Shown here: piece after piece, positions 50,571-61,446 of the stretch
Layout: every line of letters starts with the position of its first letter
Position numbering within the stretch: the stretch's first letter is position 1
DNA from: an uncultured cyanobacterium
GTDB lineage: Bacteria; Cyanobacteriota; Cyanobacteriia; Cyanobacteriales; Nostocaceae
Assembly (NCBI GenBank): GCA_963740315.1
Contig: CAVUDP010000002.1
Coordinates: forward strand, 1,472,001-1,536,000
Direction: 5' to 3'
Length of the DNA: 64,000 bases
Translations under genes and position numbers: made by a program
The notes under the pieces: model-generated
Told to the model about the DNA's origin: nothing
Seen by the model: the letters and a program-made list of their open reading frames with translations, nothing else
The model's database searches: none

Positions 50571-51592
50571 TTTTTATTACTTGTTGTTAAACAGTAACGA
50601 TAATTTTCCCCCAAAAGCTGGTTAGATTCCATGTAGCGATGTGCTTCAACGATATTATCTAAAGTAAACTTTTGAGAATCAATTACGGGCTTAAGTTTAC
50701 CCGAATTCAAATTATCGTAAACATAATTTTTACTCTTCTCCAATCGTTCCGGATTACCCGTAATTTCAAGTACCGTGTAACCTTGAATTTTCAATCCTTT
50801 ACTCAAAGCAGTCATTAAAGGAAAAGGTGTACTACCAACTTCCATACTTAATGCACCGTACACAAAAATAGTTGCACCAATCGCTGCTGCTTCTGCTAAT
50901 TTCTCTACAAACGAACCTGCAATCGGGTCAAAAATTAAATCTGCTCCATGTCCGGAAGTAATTTCCATTACCTTGCTAACTAAATCTTCCTCTTGAGTTG
51001 CAATAACGTAATCCGCTCCCGCATCCAGCAGTTTTTGTTTCTTCGCCGAGGTTCTAGTAGTTGCGATCGCAATTCCCCCCGCTGCTTTAACTAACTGAAT
51101 TGCTGAGTAACCCACACTACTACTAGCTGCGGTAATTACTACATAATCTCCCGCTTTCATCTGACCGTAATAATTTAAAGCACCGTAAGCTGTGAGATAT
51201 TGCATCCAAATTGCCGTACCTTGCTCAAATGATAACTGTTCCGGAAAAGGAGCAACTACTTGAGCGGGAACGATTGCGCTTTCTCCATACAGTCCATAGT
51301 TGCTCATTTTGGCTCCTGGTGAAGGAATAGTACTAACTTTGTCACCGATTTTAATTCCCTCAACTCCAGCACCAACTGCGTCAACAATTCCCGATGCTTC
51401 GTAACCAATGCGAGAAGGTAAAGTGGGTTGTTCTAAATATGCACCTTGACGAAACATTACTTCGGCTCGGTTTAGTCCAATTGCTTTAACTTGTAACCGT
51501 ACTTCACCTTCTTTGGGTTCAGATTGAGATAAATCTTCAATTTTCAAAACTTCTGCATCACCAATTTCGTGAAAGCGAACAATTTTAACCAT
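50549..51592 (-). CDS. Zinc-binding dehydrogenase/MDR family oxidoreductase; last codons frameshifted (natural end probably 50587)
   Basis: IGLNRAE, GYEASG, WMQYLTAYGAL, AASSSVG; removing one base from the C5 run restores GKIIVTV*. Confidence 0.9.
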   Translation of the reverse strand: MVKIVRFHEIGDAEVLKIEDLSQSEPKEGEVRLQVKAIGLNRAEVMFRQGAYLEQPTLPSRIGYEASGIVDAVGAGVEGIKIGDKVSTIPSPGAKMSNYGLYGESAIVPAQVVAPFPEQLSFEQGTAIWMQYLTAYGALNYYGQMKAGDYVVITAASSSVGYSAIQLVKAAGGIAIATTRTSAKKQKLLDAGADYVIATQEEDLVSKVMEITSGHGADLIFDPIAGSFVEKLAEAAAIGATIFVYGALSMEVGSTPFPLMTALSKGLKIQGYTVLEITGNPERLEKSKNYVYDNLNSGKLKPVIDSQKFTLDNIVEAHRYMESNQLLGENYRYCLTTSNKKWKAKLH

Positions 51593-51628
51593 GATGTTTC
51601 TCCTGGAATTTACTTTTGGAAGCTTTGA

Positions 51629-51745
51629 TTAATATTGCAATTCCTCGCGATGCTTTTCTACAAATTCTTTCCAGCTAGTAGGTTTACTTCCCGTAATTGC
51701 TTCAAAATTATCAAATGTCGCGTCAGCATTGGGAATTTTGTTAGC
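51629..51745 (-). pseudogene. C-terminal remnant of an NmrA-like protein
   Basis: TFDNFEAITGSKPTSWKEFVEKHREELQY* with no upstream body. Confidence 0.55.
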
Positions 51746-51965
51746 AATATTTAATTTGAATTGAGTATACTTACTTATAATCTTTTTTCCTGTTCCCTAT
51801 TCCCCGTTCCCTAATTATCTAATCAAATTAAAAACCCGGCTTCTTGATAAAAACCGGGTTTATTGAAACCTAAAATTATTAAAACTAATATATAATTGCT
51901 ATATTTAGCTACCGTATTTTTTCTGCGATTCTTTTAAAAATACGGTTAAAGCCTTGATAACATTA

Positions 51966-52196
51966 TCAATACCACCAACATCTAACTAATGCAGACATGG
52001 TTGCCCGTCTTACTACTCCATCAGCCGTCATAGCATTATTTCTCTGAAACTTGATCACGGCATTCTTAGTTCTTTCATCAAAAACGCCATTGCTTCTACA
52101 AGAGTAAACACCAACAGTCTTTAAACACTCTTGCAAATTAACTACAGCATCTCCAGTTGAGCCTTGTTGAAGTGTCATAAAAGTATTCTTAGCCAT
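51966..52196 (-). CDS. Stand-alone peptidoglycan-binding (PG_binding_1) domain protein
   Basis: LQQGSTGDAVVNLQECL..GVFDERTKNAVIKFQR..ADGVV; AGGAG RBS. Confidence 0.8.
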   Translation of the reverse strand: MAKNTFMTLQQGSTGDAVVNLQECLKTVGVYSCRSNGVFDERTKNAVIKFQRNNAMTADGVVRRATMSALVRCWWY

Positions 52197-52627
52197 GATA
52201 TTCTCTCCTTAGTGACAATTACTTAATTTAAATTCTGCGAGCGCATTTATCAAAAAAAAATGCCTGCAAATCAATCAATCTTTATAGATTGAAACATTTG
52301 TTAATAGTTCAAAAGTTCTCTGAGCGAAGCATGAATCAAAGAAATTTTTCTTGTAGAGTGAGTAGGATAAGTTAAAAGCTTTATCTTTGAGACAACATAG
52401 GGATGAGTCGCTATTTTGGGGTTTATAGTCAAATTTAGCTTACATCTTGTACCAATCTCAACAAGCCAGAAGAAACCCAGTAACACTCGTAAAAACATGA
52501 TTTTTATGCGTAAAGATCGAGAAACCGAGTTTCTAGTACTGATGTAAGATACCAGATTTACCTCACTTGACATAGTTTTATTTTCTTGGTGCTTGCCTCG
52601 ACTCGATCCAATTTCAGATTTACTGGT

Positions 52628-52804
52628 TTAATTTGTATATGAGACACCGCGATACTTGAGATTTTTAGGCGATCGCTTATTTTGAGAAATAGGGCGATGA
52701 ACACAATAAGGTATGCCGCGATAGATTGCAAATACATTGGTTTCTGAAGTTTCCAACTCAGAATTATTTCGTTCGTAAAATAAACCGCGATAAGTTAGTT
52801 TCAT
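52628..52804 (-). CDS. DUF4278 domain small protein (58 aa, absent from the ORF track)
   Basis: MKLTYRGLFYE..IYRGIPY..LKYRGVSY; GAGG RBS; paralogue of 62539..62721. Confidence 0.85.
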   Translation of the reverse strand: MKLTYRGLFYERNNSELETSETNVFAIYRGIPYCVHRPISQNKRSPKNLKYRGVSYTN

Positions 52805-53448
52805 TTTTCAATCCTCAATCAAAATGTTAGTTTTCTAGTTAGTTTATGTTTTGTTATTGATTTCAAACAAGAGCAACATCAATATAGGATTTACGACTTT
52901 TAAACACCATACAGAAAAGTGAGGGAGTTATCGGATAGCGATTTGACTTAATTTTCGCGAAATATGGTGAATGGAGAACAAGCAATGGGTAAGAGGTGGT
53001 AACTTACGAACATGAATGTTGTCTCCTATATTTTCTAATAGGGTAATTAATCTAAACTTATGCAGTTTGAAAAAAACTCGGATAATCGAACAAAATATTC
53101 CCTTCAGCTTCATTTGAGAACCAGCCCTATAAGCGTTTCCTACTCCCTACTCAAACAAAATGTTTAATTAATCGAGGCACAAGTACTTATAAGGAGTATC
53201 TATTGCGTGCAGCAATTTGATGTTTTTCTCAGTTAAAATACTGTTTTTTAACCTTGGGAGTAATATAAAATACTTAAAATATACAGAACTTACGCGATTG
53301 TCACAAGACTTGGGTGGTGCGTGACATAATTTTCTTGTTACTACGTTGATAATCGGTCAAAGTGTCACAGCACCCTACAAAAAAAATATGCCAGTTGCGT
53401 AAGTCATAATATAGAGAAAATAAAATGAACTTACCGCAATGAGGTTGT

Positions 53449-54084
53449 ATGGACGAACTCGTAAAAAAAATAGCTGGATTAGGATTACCCGGAATTATTT
53501 TAATCGCAGTCATGGCAAGCACTGGTTTAACGGGTGCTGCTGCGATTACTGCTGCTTTAGCTTTTTTAGGTGGCCCTGCGGGGATGTTAGGAGGTATCGC
53601 GGTATTAGGATTAACAGGTTTGATTGCAGATGCTTTAACAAACGTCGGTTTAGAAGAGTTACTTACGGCAGTTTACTGTGAAAGAAGACAGTTAGAACCC
53701 CAAGGTAAACTATTAGAAGAAATCAATTCTTTATCGTTATTTGATGGGGATTTAAAAGAAAGACTCAAATTTACAGTCACAGATGGATGTGGTTGTACAA
53801 CCGTAGTCAGCAAAAATATAACAGATGATAGCGAAGAAATTATCGAGATATTAGAAAACGTACCGGGAATAACTCGCGCTCACCATCGAGATTTTAAAAG
53901 TTCTAATCCTGTAATTCGGTTGAGAGATGGTTCAACTGTGAAAACTTGGAAAAATCCCTTTGGTGTTGACCATGTTTTTATTGCCGATCGCAATGACAAT
54001 ATGATTTACGGTGGTTTTGTAGGTTGGATTCATAGCGACGGATTGAATGCAGCGATCGATCGGATTCGACTGGATTATGTGTGA
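53449..54084 (+). CDS. Hypothetical protein with Gly/Ala-rich hydrophobic N-terminal hairpin
   Basis: GAGG RBS; GLTGAAAITAALAFLGGPAGMLGG; soluble C-terminal domain. Confidence 0.7.
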   Translation: MDELVKKIAGLGLPGIILIAVMASTGLTGAAAITAALAFLGGPAGMLGGIAVLGLTGLIADALTNVGLEELLTAVYCERRQLEPQGKLLEEINSLSLFDGDLKERLKFTVTDGCGCTTVVSKNITDDSEEIIEILENVPGITRAHHRDFKSSNPVIRLRDGSTVKTWKNPFGVDHVFIADRNDNMIYGGFVGWIHSDGLNAAIDRIRLDYV

Positions 54085-54204
54085 TTTTCTATGATTTTTG
54101 TGGTTGATTAAGAAGTTACTTGGAAGTTTGCCGAAAGTGGGAAACTAGAAGAGTTTAGGGCAAGGTAAAAGCGATAATAGAAGAGAAATTATGTGGTTTA
54201 GGTC

Positions 54205-54495
54205 ATGGGAATCCAGGAATTATTACTACCATTTAGAGAAGAGATATTAAGAATTGCTACTAAATACGGCGCGTATAATGTGCGGGTATTTGGATCGGTG
54301 GCTAGAGGAGAAGCAAAGCCCGATAGTGATGTTGATTTCTTAGTAGAACTTGAGCCAAAGCGTAGCTTATTCGATTATATTGCTCTAATCCAAGATTTGG
54401 AAAAATTATTAAATCGTAAAGTTGATGTCGCAGAACCAGGTAATCTTCATGATTTAATTAGAGAAAAAGTCTTGAATGAATCTGTAATCTTATGA
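54205..54495 (+). CDS. MntA-type minimal nucleotidyltransferase antitoxin
   Basis: VFGSVARGE..DSDVDFLV. Confidence 0.92.
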   Translation: MGIQELLLPFREEILRIATKYGAYNVRVFGSVARGEAKPDSDVDFLVELEPKRSLFDYIALIQDLEKLLNRKVDVAEPGNLHDLIREKVLNESVIL

Positions 54496-54833
54496 AGGAT
54501 GAGCGTTTGTATTTGAGCAATATTAAAGAATGTATTGAGCGCATTCAAGAATATACTCGTGTAGGGAGGGAGGATTTCATGAAAACACCGATGATTCAAG
54601 ATGCAGTGATTCGCAATTTTGAAATTATCGGTGAAGCTACAAAAAGATTATCTCCTGAATTGAGAAGTATATATGCAGATGTTCCTTGGCAACAAATGGC
54701 AGGTTTAAGAGATGTATTGATTCATGATTATTTGAAGGTAAATCTTAATTTAATTTGGGAAATTATCGAGCAAAATTTATCCGATCTGCAAGAACAAGTT
54801 GAATCGATTTTACAAAATTTGGGTGAGGGTTAA
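54492..54833 (+). CDS. HepT-type HEPN (DUF86) toxin
   Basis: EIIGEA, RDVLIHDY (RX4HXY); ATGA overlap with the antitoxin. Confidence 0.92.
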   Translation: MKDERLYLSNIKECIERIQEYTRVGREDFMKTPMIQDAVIRNFEIIGEATKRLSPELRSIYADVPWQQMAGLRDVLIHDYLKVNLNLIWEIIEQNLSDLQEQVESILQNLGEG

Positions 54834-55470
54834 TTACCTGCGAGCATCAAGCAAGTCTTAGTTGTCTCGAAGAATTTAGTCAAAGCGAAATATACACCCT
54901 CAAAATACCTACAGCAAGCATAACCGACTACGCATTAACTCTAGAATTAACCGTAGTTGAAAACAGAAAGCAATTTTGTCAAATCCATAACAATAAAGCG
55001 AAATAAAAAAGTAACATTAATATCATCAATGTCACTTTACCTTTGCAAAAATAGAATTTAGTTTAAATAACAAAAAAAACTTTATTTTCTAATATTATGA
55101 ATTTTATTTAGTCAACAAAGCTATTTAGAATAGACAACTTCTTTCAAGCGATCGCTTTGATATGAAAATCGGCTTAAATACCTATTGCTGCTAAACTTTT
55201 ACTAAAGAATATTTCTTTAGTTAGATGATAAACATCAAAGTTATCTAGCATAATCAATTCTAGTTAAATCATTTCTAGTTTTATTGATTTAAATCTCGTT
55301 CCAACCCTTTTAAAGATTGGAACCTAATTCCTAATCGTTATCAATTAAACGCCTGTTGTATATGCTCTTAACTGCGCTATTTGAGCTATAAAACCATCAT
55401 ATCTATATCTGAATTTCAACACTGCTTCTTTAACTACATTTAAACGCGACATAAATATTATTTAATTAAA

Positions 55471-57621
55471 ATGAATCTACAAAACCTGGAAACTAATTTA
55501 CAAATGAATAATCATTCTGCATCTCACCATTCATTACATAAGGATATTCTTTCTACGGACCATCATCTCGAAGGAAATCTAAAAAACCCTTCATTAACTG
55601 GTTCTTCTCAATCCGATCCTCTTAATTTTGAACAAGTTACAAGTGACGTTCCCGATCGAATTTCAATTTCTCAGTTTGCGGATCTCGAATCAAATAATCT
55701 TCAATCGGAAGCAGATTTCAATGAAAATCCTATTTCTGTAGAGTTTGTTGATGGAGAAATTCACAAACAAATAAGCATTCCTGTCTTTAACAATGATTTA
55801 GATCGATCGAGCGAGACGGTTGATTTATCCCATCGATTTACAGATGGCGCGATCGCAAATGAAAATACTGCGGTTAAGGTTGCCCAAACATTGCCTCAAT
55901 CTAATCTTAAATATGAAGATACAGTAGCGGCTACCAATGTAAATAATCTTGAAATAAACATCCAATCTGTAGGTAATGATGCTGCTCATGTAAATGACAT
56001 TTCACTTAATAAGCTTGAGGGAAATCAGTACGTTAATAATGAAGCTGCATCTGATGGAACTATTAGCAATCAAAGCATATTGCAAACACAGAGTTTTGAT
56101 GCAACATTCAATGCTCAAGATTCGAGCGAGTATTTAGATCCGAGTGTTTTACCAGTTCAAGGCACTGTAACGGGTGGAAGCGTAGAAGGAATTTTACTCA
56201 ATTCAGAAATAGAAAACAATCCCACCATCCGTAACGTAGGTTTCAGAGAATTTAATAATCCCACCGACGCTCAACAAACTTGGGTTCTCGTTCACGGTTG
56301 GAACGATACACCCGATGGAAGATTTACAGAATTAGCACAAGAAATAGAGAAGGCACATAGTGGCGATCGCGTTCTGTTATTAGACTGGAGAGAAGCAGCT
56401 TTTAACAGTACGGAAACGTTAGGAATTGAGAACGGAGCTTTGGGTAAGGGTAATTTCCGCGCAGCTAGTTGGATTAATCCGGTTGCAGAATTCGCAGTCG
56501 AAGCATTAAACGATTATTACGGAATAGACAGTCTGGGAGCTTCACAAAGTTTAAACTTAATCGGTCACAGTCTCGGTTCTCTGGTAAGCGCGGAAATCGG
56601 AAGACTTTATCGAGATGGATTGACTGTAGATAACGAAACTGTAGTCACGGGTAACAACGAAGGTGCTAGAACAATCACCGCTCTCGATCCTCCATCAGCA
56701 AGAAATGTCGATGACAATCCATTTACCGTCGATCCGATTAAAGATATCTATGATGTAGATGGCAGAATCGAAGGTGTTCAAGTTGCTACACAATACGCTG
56801 ATGCGTCGGTATTTTCCAGAGCATTTGTAGGAGAAAAAAGCATTGCGGGAAATAAACAATTAGCTCTTGGTGCCGACGAAGCCTTTGAAATGACTTTCGG
56901 AACCGAATCTGAATTCACCGATTTTGGTAGGGAACACGATAGAGTAGTTCGTGCTTTCACAAATACGATTAACCAACAGGGTATACTCGGAGATTTACTC
57001 GGTATCGGGGCTTATCAATCACTCGAAACAATGCCCATCGATGATTTAGGAGAGCTACAAATCCTTGAAGGAAACAATAAAGGTTTCAAAGGAATCATTG
57101 ATGTTAACAAAGATAACCTAGTAACTTCATTAGCTGGAATATTAAAAGCAGGTAATCACGACGATATAGTTATCGGTAGTTCTGGGAACCAAGAAATGAA
57201 CGGTAGCGACTTGTTTGATTTTGGTGAAAATAGTTCTTATGGGGATAGTAATGATATTTTCTTCGGTGAATCCGGTAACGATATGATTATCGGCAATAAG
57301 TACAATGACATTCTGATCGGTGGTATTGGTAGAGATATTCTCAATGGTGGTTCCGGAATAGATACATTTATTTTTAAACCCGGTGACGGTGGTGCTACAG
57401 AATCTGATGCCGATGTAATTGAAGATTTCCAAATTGGTATTGATAAAATTGGTCTGACAGACATTAATTTTGACCAATTAACTTTTGTGCAATCATCCGA
57501 TGGAACCGCGATCGTGGCTGGCTCGGAAGTTATGGCATTGCTCAAAAATACTAAAGTAGAAGAAATTCAAAATCCTGAATACTTTGTAAGTGTGGCTGAA
57601 AATCAATTTAGAGTTAGTTAA
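55471..57621 (+). CDS. Secreted lipase-like alpha/beta hydrolase with RTX Ca-binding repeats (short paralogue)
   Basis: VHGWND, LLLDW, LIGHSLG, ITALDP; GGxGxD repeats; IEDFQIGIDKIGL tail. Confidence 0.8.
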   Translation: MNLQNLETNLQMNNHSASHHSLHKDILSTDHHLEGNLKNPSLTGSSQSDPLNFEQVTSDVPDRISISQFADLESNNLQSEADFNENPISVEFVDGEIHKQISIPVFNNDLDRSSETVDLSHRFTDGAIANENTAVKVAQTLPQSNLKYEDTVAATNVNNLEINIQSVGNDAAHVNDISLNKLEGNQYVNNEAASDGTISNQSILQTQSFDATFNAQDSSEYLDPSVLPVQGTVTGGSVEGILLNSEIENNPTIRNVGFREFNNPTDAQQTWVLVHGWNDTPDGRFTELAQEIEKAHSGDRVLLLDWREAAFNSTETLGIENGALGKGNFRAASWINPVAEFAVEALNDYYGIDSLGASQSLNLIGHSLGSLVSAEIGRLYRDGLTVDNETVVTGNNEGARTITALDPPSARNVDDNPFTVDPIKDIYDVDGRIEGVQVATQYADASVFSRAFVGEKSIAGNKQLALGADEAFEMTFGTESEFTDFGREHDRVVRAFTNTINQQGILGDLLGIGAYQSLETMPIDDLGELQILEGNNKGFKGIIDVNKDNLVTSLAGILKAGNHDDIVIGSSGNQEMNGSDLFDFGENSSYGDSNDIFFGESGNDMIIGNKYNDILIGGIGRDILNGGSGIDTFIFKPGDGGATESDADVIEDFQIGIDKIGLTDINFDQLTFVQSSDGTAIVAGSEVMALLKNTKVEEIQNPEYFVSVAENQFRVS

Positions 57622-57647
57622 CTTCAAAGCATATTCTGAAAATTTTA

Positions 57648-57683
57648 TGTAGCTCACTGTTAAATATTGCAGTGGGCTATTTA
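57648..57683 (+). terminator. Probable terminator
   Basis: gtagctcactgt..gcagtgggctat followed by TT. Confidence 0.55.
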
Positions 57684-58130
57684 TCTTGTAAGCAAATAAT
57701 TAAAGTCCGATTTACAACCTCGATCGCAGTTATTTTTACGTAATCTTTAAATTAATTGTCGCACAAATCACTATATTTACTAAAATCAATAAGTAACATT
57801 AGTATAATTAAGGTCATTAAATTTTAGATTTTGCAGAAAGTTTAGGAAGAGAAGTTGCCTGCCGGGGTTCCCCATTGAGCAGCCAAGAGCTTGTAAGTAC
57901 TTGCATATAAAATCTAAATCTAAAACTTGTGCTGAGCAGTTCGACGTAGCTCACTGTAAGACTTGCCGAAGTATCTAAAATAAAATAAGCTACACGAAGC
58001 ATTTTCACATTTGATTCTGAATTTTGTGCTACGTCTAATAGGATATCTCAATTTTAGATTTTTATATTAATCCAAAATCTAAAATTTAGAATCAAAAATC
58101 GAATGACGTACATATTATTTAATTAATACG

Positions 58131-61100
58131 ATGGATAATTTAGAAAATCCCATAACAAGTTTTGACAATATCGACCTTTTTACAATTGATAACTCATTAA
58201 ATCCAGATATTCTATCGGTTGATGATAATCCTTCAGGAAGTTTTCAAGATCCTATTTTAACTGAATCTTCTCAAATAACTCCTCTACCGCAAGCTGCTTT
58301 AAGTTCAAATTCAAGTTTAGAAAATGGTGTATTTACTGTCGATTCGACGGGTGAATTTACCATTGATTTCTTATTTGATGCAGGTGGTTATCAAAGCGAA
58401 TTGGGAATTTTCAATCTTACGGGAATGGAAAGTTTAAATCCCGGTTCCGATGAATTTATTCAAGAAGCTGCTCGTCGTGTTTTGAGTAATTCAACGAACG
58501 GTTATATTGTCGTAAATGATGATTCTGAGGGTGCTAAATTTACGGGAGAATTGGGAGAAACAAATAGGAATGAAGGGGATTACGAGGGAGTTAAAACCTT
58601 TAGTATGAATCCAGGGGATAACTTTGCTTTGATGTTAGTTCCCCAAGGTAATATTCAAGAAGTGTTGGATAATCCAGCAGTAGATGATGATAAGCGTCCT
58701 TTATTTTCCTTTAGTTTAGCTAATCCCGACAACGCAATTCAAATAATGCAGTTGGTGGAGGGAACGGGTGTATTTGGAATGGAGGATTTACGCTTAGATA
58801 AAAATTCCGATACCGATTACAACGATATTATTTTTCAAATTAAAGGTGCAGCCGGAAAAGCCACTGCTTTTGAAGAAGTAAGTTCTAATAATTGGGATGA
58901 AACTGAAGCAGGAAAACAGTTAATTGAATTTGCTCAAAATAATAATATTGATGCTGCGAGTGAGAATTCCGGTAAATTAGAGTTTGAACTCGCTGAATTT
59001 AATACTTTTGAATCGGGAATCCCTACTTTATCAGCTAAGGTGATTCGTACCGAGGGAGATTTAGGAAACGTTAGCGCCACAGTTAATTTAACAAACGGTA
59101 CTGCTACAGGTGGCGAAGATTTTGATAATACTCCGATTGTGCTTAATTTCAAAGATGGAGAAATCGAGAAAAATGTAACTATTCCTATCTTTAGCGATGA
59201 TTTAAAAGAAGGTAGCGAAACTGTTAATTTATCTTTAGCAAACTTGACTGGTGGTGCAGTTTTAGGAAATCAAAATACTGCTATTCTTAATATTGGTGAT
59301 GAAGATACAAGCAATATTATTTCTCAAAGTAGCAGCGAAGATTCTGCATTATCTTTAGATACGGTAAACGTCTTTTTGAAGCCAGAAGAAGAGTTAAATT
59401 TTGAGCTTACTGTTACAGTACCCGAAGTATCCGCTGCTAATATCTCCTCACCAACTCCTCAAAATGCAAGCAATCAAGTAAATATTACTTCTGTCGGTGA
59501 TGATGCTGGTTACATCAAAGAGATTACACCAACCAAAGTAGAAGGAAACAGTACTACATATAACGTCAAACTTGCTTCCGATGGTACTGGTGGTAATCAA
59601 ACCATGAGCTTGCAAGCAGGGGATTATGGAAGTACAACAATTAATGCGATCGCAGGTGTAAACGATCCTTCTACTCTTCCACCAAATCCCCTAGAAGGTA
59701 CTTTACCAGTTCAAGGATTTGTCACGGGGGGAAGTGAAGAAGGGGTTTTATTTAACCAACAGGTAGAAAATAATCCCAGCCTGCGTAAAGTCGGCTTTTT
59801 AGAAGTTAACAATCCTGACGAAGCAGAACAAACCTGGTTGATAATCCACGGTTGGAATGACGCTCCCGAAGGAAAAATTGCCGACGTAGCACAAGAAATA
59901 GCTAATACAAAACCAGGCGATCGCGTTTTATTATTAGACTGGAGAGAAGCAGCTTACAACAACTCGGAAAGTTTGGGAGTTCAATTCGGTGTTCCCGGTA
60001 GAGGAAATTTCCGAGCAGCGACTTGGATTAGCCCGGTTGCAGAATTTGCAGTCAAAGCTTTAAATCAATTTTACGGAATTAACACTCAAGAAGCTTCCCA
60101 AAGTTTGAACTTAATCGGGCACAGTTTGGGTTCTTTGGTAAATGCTGAAATGGGAAGAATTTACAGAGACGGACTTTTATTAGAAGATAATACATTTTTA
60201 GCGGGTAATACTCAAGGTGCGAGAACAATTACCGCTTTAGATCCACCAAGCGCAAGAAATCGCGACGAAAACCCATTTGGTAACGATCCAAATGAGGATA
60301 TCTACGACGTTGATGGCAGAATAGAAGGTACTCAAGCACCCGAAAAATTCGCCGATGTTTCGGTATTTTCCAGAGCATTTGTAGGAGAAAAAAGCATTGC
60401 CGGAAATCCAAGATTAGCCGTTACTGCGGATGAAGCTTTTCAAATGGATTTCGGAACAATATCCGAATTTGCTACCGATTTTGGCAGCGAACACGGTAGA
60501 GTAGTTAGAGCTTTTACTAATACAGTTAACCAACCAGGCTTAATCGGCGATTTACTCGGTATTAGGGCTTATGATTCCATAGAAAAATTACCCATCGAAG
60601 ATTTTGACGAGTTAAGAATTCGTCGAGAAGACAACGGAGCTTATCACGGAATTATCGACGTTAATAAAGATAACATTGCAACTTTATTAATAGGAAAAGC
60701 AAAAACCGGCAACAAAGACGATATAGTTATCGGTAGTTTTGTAAATCAAGAAATTAACGGCGCTGAATTCTTAAGTTTTGGTGGAGATGGACGTTATACC
60801 GGAGATGGAAACGATTTATTCTTCGGTGAATCTGGTAACGATACTCTTATCGGTAATGACGACGACGATATTCTTTTTGGTGGAAAAGGTAAAGATAAAT
60901 TAGACGGTGGCTCTGGAAAAGACACTTTTATTTTGCAACTTGGTGACGGTGGTACTAATAAAGATAATGCCGATACAATTGAAGATTTTAAAATCGGAAC
61001 CGATAAAATTGGTTTAATAAATCTTGATTATGGACAATTAACCTTCCAAGAATTCCGTAGTGGATTATTCCGTCGTAATAGAGATACAGCTATCATTGCT

Positions 61101-61202
61101 AACTCCGAATTTTTAGCATTAGTTGAAGATACCAAAATAGAAGAAATTCGCAAGCCGGAATATTTTGTAGCTGTAGATGAAGAGGAATTGAGAATTGGGT
61201 AA
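58131..61202 (+). CDS. Secreted lipase-like alpha/beta hydrolase with DUF4114, Calx-beta and RTX repeats
   Basis: FGMEDL..SDTDYNDIIF (DUF4114); GTATGGEDF..FKDGEIEK..ETVNLSL (Calx-beta); GHSLG; GGxGxD repeats; no N-terminal signal peptide. Confidence 0.85.
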   Translation: MDNLENPITSFDNIDLFTIDNSLNPDILSVDDNPSGSFQDPILTESSQITPLPQAALSSNSSLENGVFTVDSTGEFTIDFLFDAGGYQSELGIFNLTGMESLNPGSDEFIQEAARRVLSNSTNGYIVVNDDSEGAKFTGELGETNRNEGDYEGVKTFSMNPGDNFALMLVPQGNIQEVLDNPAVDDDKRPLFSFSLANPDNAIQIMQLVEGTGVFGMEDLRLDKNSDTDYNDIIFQIKGAAGKATAFEEVSSNNWDETEAGKQLIEFAQNNNIDAASENSGKLEFELAEFNTFESGIPTLSAKVIRTEGDLGNVSATVNLTNGTATGGEDFDNTPIVLNFKDGEIEKNVTIPIFSDDLKEGSETVNLSLANLTGGAVLGNQNTAILNIGDEDTSNIISQSSSEDSALSLDTVNVFLKPEEELNFELTVTVPEVSAANISSPTPQNASNQVNITSVGDDAGYIKEITPTKVEGNSTTYNVKLASDGTGGNQTMSLQAGDYGSTTINAIAGVNDPSTLPPNPLEGTLPVQGFVTGGSEEGVLFNQQVENNPSLRKVGFLEVNNPDEAEQTWLIIHGWNDAPEGKIADVAQEIANTKPGDRVLLLDWREAAYNNSESLGVQFGVPGRGNFRAATWISPVAEFAVKALNQFYGINTQEASQSLNLIGHSLGSLVNAEMGRIYRDGLLLEDNTFLAGNTQGARTITALDPPSARNRDENPFGNDPNEDIYDVDGRIEGTQAPEKFADVSVFSRAFVGEKSIAGNPRLAVTADEAFQMDFGTISEFATDFGSEHGRVVRAFTNTVNQPGLIGDLLGIRAYDSIEKLPIEDFDELRIRREDNGAYHGIIDVNKDNIATLLIGKAKTGNKDDIVIGSFVNQEINGAEFLSFGGDGRYTGDGNDLFFGESGNDTLIGNDDDDILFGGKGKDKLDGGSGKDTFILQLGDGGTNKDNADTIEDFKIGTDKIGLINLDYGQLTFQEFRSGLFRRNRDTAIIANSEFLALVEDTKIEEIRKPEYFVAVDEEELRIG

Positions 61203-61238
61203 TTGGTAATTGGTAATGGGTAAAACATATTTTCCCTT

Positions 61239-61428
61239 GTAGGTTGGGTTAGACACGAAAATTATTTTGATAAACACGAATAATTTATAATATCGTGTCG
61301 TAACCCAACATTAATATCTGGGATTAATCAAGATATTACTAAATACCCACAATCTAGGTGTTGGGTTACGACGCAATCTTAATTTCGGGTGAATAACTAT
61401 TATTCTTCGTGCGTCTAACCCAACCTAC
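61239..61428. repeat. Inverted doublet of family-B REPs (REPIN/BIME-like), copy 1
   Basis: gtaggttgggttagacacg.. and ..gtctaacccaacctac arms around a conserved spacer. Confidence 0.88.
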
Positions 61429-61446
61429 TACTACAAACTAAAAATT

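Noticed and set aside
52301..52573. 90-aa minus-strand ORF after DUF4278
   Set aside because: No motif or clear RBS; may be real but cannot be supported from sequence alone
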